In this document: positions 57,075-64,000 of the stretch, piece by piece
Position numbering within the stretch: position 1 is the stretch's first letter
Layout of the letters: every line of letters begins with the position of its first letter
Origin: Cyanobacteria bacterium M_surface_10_m2_179
GTDB lineage: Bacteria; Cyanobacteriota; Cyanobacteriia; PCC-6307; Cyanobiaceae
Assembly: GCA_016882545.1 (NCBI GenBank)
Contig: VGPW01000001.1
Span: forward strand, 2,342-66,341
Reading direction: 5' to 3'
Length of the DNA stretch: 64,000 nucleotides
The notes under the pieces: generated by a model
Databases searched by the model: none
What the model was told of the DNA's origin: nothing
What the model saw: only the letters and a program-made list of their open reading frames with translations
Made by a program: the position numbers and the translations under genes

Positions 57075-57842
57075 TCAGAGCTTGTCGATCGAGCGCTTCA
57101 GCTCCTCCAGCTCGGCATCCACCTCCTCCACCTTCACCGGCTGCACGGTGCCTGTTGCCGCCGGCAGGGCGCCGGCTGGGGCCGACCCGGCCAGCTTGCC
57201 TTTGAGTGCCGCCAGTTCGTCGTCCACCTCAGGGGCTCCCTCCAGGGCTGCGAACTGGCTCTCCAGATCAGCACCCGCCAGCTCAGCCGCCGCCTGGCTG
57301 CGGGCCTCCAGGGCCTCCACCTTTTCCTCCATGCGCTCAAACGCAGCCATGGAGCTGTTGGTGCCGAGGTTGCCCACGGCGCTCTGCAGCTGCTCCTGAG
57401 CCTGGGCTGCCTGGGCCCGGGCCTTGAGCATGTCTTTTTTGGTTTTGGCCTCGGCGATCTTGCTCTCGAGCTTCACCAGGCTCTGCTTGAGCTGCTCCAC
57501 CTGACCGGCCTGGCTTTGCAGCTGGGTGTTCAGAGCGGTGGCGGTGTCCTGGCAGGTCTTGCGGCGGCCGAGGGCTTCGCGGGCCAGGTCTTCCTCACCC
57601 TTCTTGAGCGCCAGCTCGGCACGCTCATACCAAGTGTTGGCCTGGGCCTCGGCTTGCTCGGCCTGGTTCTGGATGCGTTTCTGGCTAGCGATCGCCGTAG
57701 CCACGGCCTGGCGCAGTTTCACCAGATCGGCCTGCATGTCGGCCACCGACTGATCGAGGATCTTGGCCGGATCCTCCATGGCCCCAACCACGGCGTTTGC
57801 GTTCGCGCGCACCAGGCGGCTGAGGCGATCAAAAAAGCCCAT
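57075..57842 (-). CDS. vipp1: PspA/IM30 family protein Vipp1
   Basis: MGFFDRL, EDPAKILDQ, EDLAREAL, AFERMEEKV, C-terminal VDAELEELKR extension. Confidence 0.95.
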   Translation of the reverse strand: MGFFDRLSRLVRANANAVVGAMEDPAKILDQSVADMQADLVKLRQAVATAIASQKRIQNQAEQAEAQANTWYERAELALKKGEEDLAREALGRRKTCQDTATALNTQLQSQAGQVEQLKQSLVKLESKIAEAKTKKDMLKARAQAAQAQEQLQSAVGNLGTNSSMAAFERMEEKVEALEARSQAAAELAGADLESQFAALEGAPEVDDELAALKGKLAGSAPAGALPAATGTVQPVKVEEVDAELEELKRSIDKL

Positions 57843-57930
57843 GGCTTGGGATACGGGGCAGGCGCCGAGGCTAACCAGCGCAAGCCGCAACGGCACAGCG
57901 GGATTGCCGCATCTCCCGTAGCGTCGAACG

Positions 57931-58515
57931 ATGCCAGCTGCCCCCCGCAACCAGACCCGGCGCCAGGGCACGGTGAACCTGCTGGTGCCGCCGCCAGCGC
58001 CACCGGCGACGGGACTGAACGCCTGCCTGAACCAACTGCAGGAGCACTGGCGCCGCGAGGAAAACCTGGCGGCCCTGTGGCAAGCATGGCCACGCATCGC
58101 CGGAGCGCAGCTCGCCCCCCACTGCCAGCCGCTGCGCCTGCAGGGGGGACGGCTGGTGGTGGGCGCCAGCCATGCCCAGTGGCTTCAGGCCTTGCGGTTC
58201 AACAAACACCGGCTGCTGGGCGCCTTGCGCGGGGCTGGTTTTGCGGTGAAGGATCTCGTGCTCCAGCAGCACCAGCCCACGCCACTGCCCGCCTTCGGCA
58301 GCGAGGAAGAGGCCGCGGTGTGGTCGCACCACCCCAGCCGGGTGGATGTGTTCGGGATGGGCAGCTGCGCCTGCTGCAGGCGCCCGGCACCGGCGGGCGA
58401 ACTCCAGCGCTGGGGGCACTGCAGCTTCTGCCAACGGGAGCGCATGGACAACGGCGTGGCGATGGGATCACCCACCGGACCCGCACCCGGACCCGCACCC
58501 GCGCTCGATCAGTAG
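57931..58515 (+). CDS. DUF721/DciA family protein with C-terminal Zn ribbon
   Basis: W..IAG.QLAPHC.P, W.QAL, CACC...CSFC; start may be GTG 57973. Confidence 0.85.
   Translation: MPAAPRNQTRRQGTVNLLVPPPAPPATGLNACLNQLQEHWRREENLAALWQAWPRIAGAQLAPHCQPLRLQGGRLVVGASHAQWLQALRFNKHRLLGALRGAGFAVKDLVLQQHQPTPLPAFGSEEEAAVWSHHPSRVDVFGMGSCACCRRPAPAGELQRWGHCSFCQRERMDNGVAMGSPTGPAPGPAPALDQ
58475..58501 (+). repeat. 12-bp tandem duplication (CCGGACCCGCAC x2 plus CCG)
   Basis: Read directly; encodes GPAP-GPAP. Confidence 0.8.
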
Positions 58516-60335
58516 CGCTCCGGCCGGGGGCGCTGCCAATCAGGCCCCGGCACACCGTCGAGCTGCAGGGCCGCTGCCCAGCGCTCAAGGTCGAGGCGCC
58601 GCACGCGCCAGAGATCGAACAGGCCCGCCGCCGCCAGGGGCTGATGGGCCAGGCCACGCCAGTGGGGCAGCTTGGCCGTGCGTTGATCGATCACCACCAA
58701 CACGGTTCCAGCCGGTGTCACCGGTGTGGGCGTCTGATCACGGCGCCGCTCGCGCCTGAGACGGTCGTTGAGGTTGAGCGGGCCGTTGGCCTGGACACCC
58801 TCATAGACCACCACCTGATCGGCATAGAAATGCAGGGAGGGCTTGAGGATGCCCACCATCGCCAGGGGCTCCTGGGGGCGGCGCTGCGCCACCGCGGCCG
58901 CCGCCACCTGGCGCACGGGCCGCTGGCGCAGTCGATCCCCCAGCTCGATCATCGGCACTAGGGCGATCACCACAAAGCCCCCCAGGGCCAGCTGCTGCAG
59001 AAGCAACCAGCCCCGCCGCCAAGGCTCTGGCCATGCCAGCAGCACGCCCCCCAGAGCCGCCACCCCAAAACAGGCCGCAGCTCGCCCCAACAGGCCACTG
59101 GCCAGCAACTCCGCCGGCAGGGTGGGCAACTCGGGCTCGTGGATCAGGGGCACCCAGCGATCCGCGGCCGCCAGCCCGGCGCTGAAGGTGGCCTGCAGCG
59201 CCAGGGTGAACACCACCACCCAGCGATCCAGCCCAGCCCAGGGCGCCGCCACCAGACGTTGAGCCGCCAGGGCCATTAGGAGCCCCGCTGCCGGCGCGGC
59301 GGGGATCCAATAGCTGGGCAGCTTGGTGGCCGCGAGGGTGAAAAACAGCAGCACCGCCAGCAGCCAGCAGCAGGCGAAGCGCAACAGCGAGGCCTGCGGG
59401 GGCAGCGGGGCGCGGCCCTGGCGCAGGGCGCTGGTGAGGCCCAGGAGCAGCAGCGGCGTGAAGGGCAGCGAGGCCACGAGCATCACCGGCAGGAAGAACC
59501 ACCAGGGCTGCTGGTGGTTGTTCACCACGCCGGTGAAGCGCTGCAGGTTGTGGTAACCGAAAAAGCTGTTCCAGAACGGCTGGCCCTCCACCAGCAGTTC
59601 CAGGCCATACCAAGGCAGCGCCACAAGCGCCGTGAGCAGCAGCCCAGGCCAGGGTTTCAGCCGCCCCCACAGTCCCTTGAGATCGGCCTGCCACCAACCG
59701 AAGCCCCCCAGGCAGAGGGCCGCCAGCACCACAGCCACAGGCCCCTTGGCCAGTACATCCAGGCCCAACACCAACCAGGCCAGCCAGGGCCGACCGGCGC
59801 CGGCGTAGCAGCGCCAGAACAGCAGCAGGCTGATCGCCAGCAGCGCACTGAACAGGGAATCGCTCACGGCGATGCGGCTCCAGAGCAGCACCAGCGGTGA
59901 GAGCGCAAAGGCCAGGGCGGCGCTGAAGGCCGTGATCGTCTGCACCGGCGCCGATGGCATCCGGCCCTGGGGGAGCGGCTGGGGCCAGCGCAACAGCGTG
60001 GCAGCCAGCATCACCATCACGGCCACGCTGCTCAAGGCAGAAGGCAAGCGTGCCGCCCAGGTACCCAGCGGATCCCACTGCGGCTGAGCGGGCAGGGCGT
60101 AGGTCACGCCCATCAACCAGTAGATCAGCGGCGGCTTGTCGTAGCGGGGCAACCCGTTGACCCGCGGTGTCAGCCAGTCGCCGGTGCGCGCCATCGCCCG
60201 CGCCGCTGCGGCAAACAACGGCGGGGTTTCGTCCACCAGGCCGGTGCTGCCCAGCTGCCACACAAACAGCGCCAGCCCAGCGATCGCCACCAGTAGCAGC
60301 ACCAGCCTGCGGGACACCAGCCTGCGGAGAACCAC
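58509..60335 (-). CDS. glycosyltransferase family 39/83 (ArnT/PMT-like)
   Basis: DETP, GDWLTPRVNG..YDKPPL, LAKGP, TKLPSY; many TMs. Confidence 0.92.
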   Translation of the reverse strand: MVLRRLVSRRLVLLLVAIAGLALFVWQLGSTGLVDETPPLFAAAARAMARTGDWLTPRVNGLPRYDKPPLIYWLMGVTYALPAQPQWDPLGTWAARLPSALSSVAVMVMLAATLLRWPQPLPQGRMPSAPVQTITAFSAALAFALSPLVLLWSRIAVSDSLFSALLAISLLLFWRCYAGAGRPWLAWLVLGLDVLAKGPVAVVLAALCLGGFGWWQADLKGLWGRLKPWPGLLLTALVALPWYGLELLVEGQPFWNSFFGYHNLQRFTGVVNNHQQPWWFFLPVMLVASLPFTPLLLLGLTSALRQGRAPLPPQASLLRFACCWLLAVLLFFTLAATKLPSYWIPAAPAAGLLMALAAQRLVAAPWAGLDRWVVVFTLALQATFSAGLAAADRWVPLIHEPELPTLPAELLASGLLGRAAACFGVAALGGVLLAWPEPWRRGWLLLQQLALGGFVVIALVPMIELGDRLRQRPVRQVAAAAVAQRRPQEPLAMVGILKPSLHFYADQVVVYEGVQANGPLNLNDRLRRERRRDQTPTPVTPAGTVLVVIDQRTAKLPHWRGLAHQPLAAAGLFDLWRVRRLDLERWAAALQLDGVPGPDWQRPRPERY

Positions 60336-60365
60336 GGCGCGCTGCGTCAGCCCTGACCCTATCGC

Positions 60366-61442
60366 TTACGGCTGCAAGCCCTGCAGCAACCAGGCTTCGA
60401 TCCGCTGCGCCAGCACCTCGCGCGTGGCGTTCTGCTCCACCCAGCGGCGGCAAGCGGCGCGATCGATCAAGCTCACCCGCCCCACCGCCTCGGCCAGGGC
60501 CGCCATGTCATCCGGGTCCACCAGCCAGCCCGTTAGCCCCGGCTGCACCAGCTCAGCAGGGCCGCCACGGCGATAGGCGAGCACCGGCACACCGCAGGCC
60601 AACGCCTCCACCACCACATTGCCGTAGGCCTCGTTCCACTTGGGGGTGTTCAGCAGCGCCCGGCAGCGGCCCAGCTCAGCCTGCAACTGCGCTGTGGGCA
60701 AAAAACCACGCCACTGCAGCGTTCCGGCCGGCACCGAAGCCTCTACCGCCGCTGCATAGACAGGGTCTTCCACCAACCCCCACACCGCCAACGGCAAACC
60801 GCAGCGGGCCGCAGCGGCCGCCGCATCTTCCAAACCCTTTTCGGGCGCCACTCGGCCCACCCAGCCCAACAGGGGCTCCGCTTGCGCGCTGAAGCGATAG
60901 GCGTCGAGGTCAAAGCCATTCCCCACCAGCAGCGGCGGTTTGGGCAGGGCGAAGTCGGCCGCCTGGCTGGCGGTGTGAAAGGCGAGCCGCCGCTGATCCC
61001 AGGCGGCCACATCGGCGATCACCGCATCCATGGCGGCCGTCACCGAGCCCATGCTCACCAGGTGAAAGATCGGCAGGGCTGCGGTTGGGGTCAACCAGAA
61101 GGGCAGCCAGTCGTAGCCGAGGTTGAGCACCGCATCGAACCCCGCCGCCGGTGCCTCGGCCAGCACCCGGCGCCAGAAGCGGGCCAGCAACCCATCGGCC
61201 GGCATGGTGATCAAAGCTTCATGGCCCTGGTGCTGCACGCTCGGCTGGGGCTCGCCGCTGCAACACCAGAGCTCTGCAGCGGCGCAGTCAGCCGCCAGCA
61301 CAGAGCCCTCGGCCGCCAACACGGTGAGCTGGTGGCCCCGCTGCAGCAGTCCTGCCACCACGCCCGCCAGGGTGAGATCCACGCCTCCGCCGCGGCCACT
61401 GCCCAACGGCCCCAGGGCCGTGGCCACCACCAGCAGCTTCAT
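60366..61442 (-). CDS. glycosyltransferase family 4
   Basis: GRVAPEKG, EAYGNVVVEALACGVPV, G.TGWLV. Confidence 0.92.
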   Translation of the reverse strand: MKLLVVATALGPLGSGRGGGVDLTLAGVVAGLLQRGHQLTVLAAEGSVLAADCAAAELWCCSGEPQPSVQHQGHEALITMPADGLLARFWRRVLAEAPAAGFDAVLNLGYDWLPFWLTPTAALPIFHLVSMGSVTAAMDAVIADVAAWDQRRLAFHTASQAADFALPKPPLLVGNGFDLDAYRFSAQAEPLLGWVGRVAPEKGLEDAAAAAARCGLPLAVWGLVEDPVYAAAVEASVPAGTLQWRGFLPTAQLQAELGRCRALLNTPKWNEAYGNVVVEALACGVPVLAYRRGGPAELVQPGLTGWLVDPDDMAALAEAVGRVSLIDRAACRRWVEQNATREVLAQRIEAWLLQGLQP

Positions 61443-62401
61443 GGCACCACCTCGGCCGCCGCTCCCACCGGATGCCAGATCAGCGCGCGGCGATTGATCA
61501 GCACCACACTCACCAAGGCGAGCGCGGCCCCCAGCCATTGCAGCGGCTCCAGTTGCTCATCGAGCAGCGCCACCGCGCAGAACAGGGCAAACAGCGGCGT
61601 GAGAAAGGTGAGCGAGGTGAAGCTGGTGAGATCGCCGTGGTTGGCGAACCAGAAGAACAGGCCGTAGGCCACCGCACTGCCAAACAACGCCGAGTAAGCC
61701 ATCAAGCCCCACTGCAAGGCACTCCAGTGGGGCCAAAAGGATGGAGCGTCGACCCGAATGGCGGGCAGCAACACCGAACCAGCCAGCAGCGGCAGGGCAC
61801 CGAGCAGCATGTGCCAGCCCGTTACGGCCAGTGCATCGCTATGGCGACAGGCGTAGCGGCTGATCACCGTGCCCACGGCCATGGCTAGGGCCGCCCCGAG
61901 CATCCACAGCTCCCCATGGCTCCAGGCGGCTTCCCCCAACGCTTCCGGCCCCATCAGCCACCAGTGGCGCAGCAGCGGCGCCGGCAGCCCCAGGCAAAGA
62001 ATCCCCAGCAACCCCACCAGCAGCCCCAACCAGCCCACCGGGTTGATCGCATCACCGAACAGGCCGCGGGCCAGCAGTGCCACCAGCAGCGGCTGCGAAT
62101 CGATCAACACCGACCCCAGGCCAGCGCCGGTGCCCACCAGGCCACGGGCCAGCAACCCCTGAAACAGCGCGGCATCCACCAGGGCAAACGCCGCCAGCCA
62201 GCCCCAGTCGCGCCGGTCTACCCCCCAGCCACCGCGCCAGATCTGCGCCGCAACCAGCAGCAGCACCCCCGCGGGCAACAACCGCAGCCAGGCCAGGGTC
62301 AACGGCCCTGCCGCCTCGAGCAACGGCTTCATCGCCGCCATCGCCGTTCCCCACAGCGCGAAGGGCAGCACCATCAGCAGCCAGCGCACCTTCACCAGCA
62401 C
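61439..62401 (-). CDS. DMT/EamA family transporter
   Basis: LWGTAM, GSVLIDSQPL, FLTPLFA; about 10 TMs. Confidence 0.92.
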   Translation of the reverse strand: MLVKVRWLLMVLPFALWGTAMAAMKPLLEAAGPLTLAWLRLLPAGVLLLVAAQIWRGGWGVDRRDWGWLAAFALVDAALFQGLLARGLVGTGAGLGSVLIDSQPLLVALLARGLFGDAINPVGWLGLLVGLLGILCLGLPAPLLRHWWLMGPEALGEAAWSHGELWMLGAALAMAVGTVISRYACRHSDALAVTGWHMLLGALPLLAGSVLLPAIRVDAPSFWPHWSALQWGLMAYSALFGSAVAYGLFFWFANHGDLTSFTSLTFLTPLFALFCAVALLDEQLEPLQWLGAALALVSVVLINRRALIWHPVGAAAEVVP

Positions 62402-62451
62402 AAGCGGCCGACAGGCTCCTTTTTAAGATCCAGCCACTGCACACCGCTGCA

Positions 62452-63264
62452 ATGGTCTGGCCCTGGCGCCGCAAATCCCGCCGCAAACTGGCGCGTATCG
62501 CCATCGAAGGGGCGATCGCCTCCGGCACGCGTGAGCGGGTGCTCAAGGCCCTGCGGGAGGTGGAGCAGCGGGAGTTTCCAGCGCTGCTGCTCCGCATCGA
62601 CAGCCCCGGCGGCACGGTGGGCGACAGCCAGGAGATCCACGCCGCGATCGGACGCCTGCGCGCCAAGGGCTGCCGGGTGGTGGCCAGCTTCGGCAACATC
62701 TCCGCCTCAGGCGGCGTGTATGTGGGGGTGGCGGCCGAAAAAATTGTGGCCAATGCCGGATCGATCACCGGTTCAATCGGCGTGATCCTGCGGGGCAACA
62801 ACCTCTCGCGGCTGCTGGAGCGCATCGGCATCCAGTTCGAAACCGTGAAGAGCGGTTTGTATAAGGACATCCTCTCGCCGGATCGCGCCCTCACAGGGGC
62901 GGAACGTCAGCTGCTGCAGGAGCTGATTGATTCCAGCTACGGCCAGTTCGTGGCAGCCGTGGCCACAGGCCGGGGGCTGGAGGAGGCGGTAGTGCGCACC
63001 TTTGCCGATGGCCGCGTGTTCAGCGGTGCCCAGGCCCTGGAGCTCGGCCTCGTGGATCAACTCGGCGACGAGGAGGCCGCCCGGCGGCTGGCCTGCGAAC
63101 TGGCCGAGCTCGATGTGGAGAAGACCCGCCCGATCAACTTCGGTCAACCCAACAAACGCCTGGGAGGCCTGATCCCCGGTCGCAACCTGCTGGGTCGACT
63201 CAGTGACGCCCTGCACCAGGAACTGGCCTGGAGCGGGCAGCCCCTCTGGCTGCACCGGCCATGA
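62452..63264 (+). CDS. sppA: signal peptide peptidase SppA (short form, S49)
   Basis: RIDSPGG, SASGGVY, TGSIGVI, KSG.YKD, DGRVFSG. Confidence 0.95.
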   Translation: MVWPWRRKSRRKLARIAIEGAIASGTRERVLKALREVEQREFPALLLRIDSPGGTVGDSQEIHAAIGRLRAKGCRVVASFGNISASGGVYVGVAAEKIVANAGSITGSIGVILRGNNLSRLLERIGIQFETVKSGLYKDILSPDRALTGAERQLLQELIDSSYGQFVAAVATGRGLEEAVVRTFADGRVFSGAQALELGLVDQLGDEEAARRLACELAELDVEKTRPINFGQPNKRLGGLIPGRNLLGRLSDALHQELAWSGQPLWLHRP

Positions 63265-63632
63265 GCGCACCCCAGCTGCGCGCCCTCCGCGGCGCCACCA
63301 CCGCCAGCGCCAACAACACCGCCGCCATCACAGAAGCCGTCGCGGAACTGCTCGATGCCTTGGTGGAGCGCAACGGCCTGGAGGGCAGTCAGCTGCTCTC
63401 CGTCACCTTCTCGGTGACGGCGGATCTGGATGCCTGCTTCCCGGCCGCTATCGCCCGGCGCCGCAGCGGCTGGGATGCGGTGGCCCTCCTGGATTGCCAG
63501 CAGATGGCGGTGGCCGGTGATCTGCCGCGCTGCATCCGCCTGCTGGCCCACGCCTGGTTCGCTGCCGACCAGCCGGTGCGCCATGCCTATCTGCGCGAGG
63601 CAGCGCGACTGCGCCCGGATCTGGCGGGCTGA
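63261..63632 (+). CDS. aroH: chorismate mutase AroH
   Basis: LRGATT, DLDACFPA, LPRCIR, YLREAARLRPD. Confidence 0.96.
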   Translation: MSAPQLRALRGATTASANNTAAITEAVAELLDALVERNGLEGSQLLSVTFSVTADLDACFPAAIARRRSGWDAVALLDCQQMAVAGDLPRCIRLLAHAWFAADQPVRHAYLREAARLRPDLAG

Positions 63633-63742
63633 GTCGCAGCTGGCTATCTATTCCAACTTCGGCGCCGGCACCCTGCAACGCGCTTGAGCCAAGCTGGCCT
63701 GCCAAGAATGGTGCCTGACCGCTTCTTGGCACGTAAGCATCC

Positions 63743-64000
63743 ATGGCAGGTTTTCGCTCCACCGCAGCCACAGCCCTGGCAAGCGCCCTGTGCTTCGCTA
63801 GCGCCTCAGCTCTCCTGGCTCCAAGCACGCCAGTTCATGCACAAGGCACTCCGGGACTGGTGGAGTTCCGCTGGGATGCCAGCAAGGACTACCGCAAGCT
63901 CTACTACTTCATGACCGACACCAAGCGGCTGAAGCGTTCGGAGTACTACCTAGTTCTCAAACCCAAAGACCGCAACACGGCCATCCTCAAGCTCACCGTG
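63743..64000 (+). CDS. DUF2808 family exported protein, 5' part (runs off the window)
   Basis: Manual translation MAGFRST...VHAQGTPGLVEFRWDASKDYRKLYY..EYYLVLKPKDRNTAILKLTV, no stop. Confidence 0.8.
   Translation, partial: MAGFRSTAATALASALCFASASALLAPSTPVHAQGTPGLVEFRWDASKDYRKLYYFMTDTKRLKRSEYYLVLKPKDRNTAILKLTV

Overview
High-GC (roughly two-thirds G+C by eye) chromosomal segment of a picocyanobacterium of the Cyanobium/Synechococcus type, judged from gene content and order. It is almost entirely core genome: sufE, hom, a peptide ABC transporter, ychF, wecB, pilT, hli, tsaD, psaFJ, gmk, rqcH, tatC, petCA, lgt, cobM, tRNA-Val(CAC), ppx, ubiA, ldcA, ispD, a K+ channel, fabG, groEL2, nanE, ctaAB/ctaCDE, an AbrB-like regulator, ribE, cobT, topA, ndhB, birA, a thioredoxin, vipp1, a GT39/GT4/DMT cluster, sppA and aroH. 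I found no integrase, transposase, CRISPR array, prophage or defence island, and no novel system I can support. The best anomalies are a CzcD-type metal exporter broken by two 1-nt frameshifts next to a 54-aa orphan, an HdeD-family gene with an in-frame TGA, a likely CTG start for ubiA, a perfect NtcA-type box between ispD and a GT9 gene, and an N-terminal-His membrane-anchored protein coupled to sufE. All product calls come from motif recognition, not database searches.
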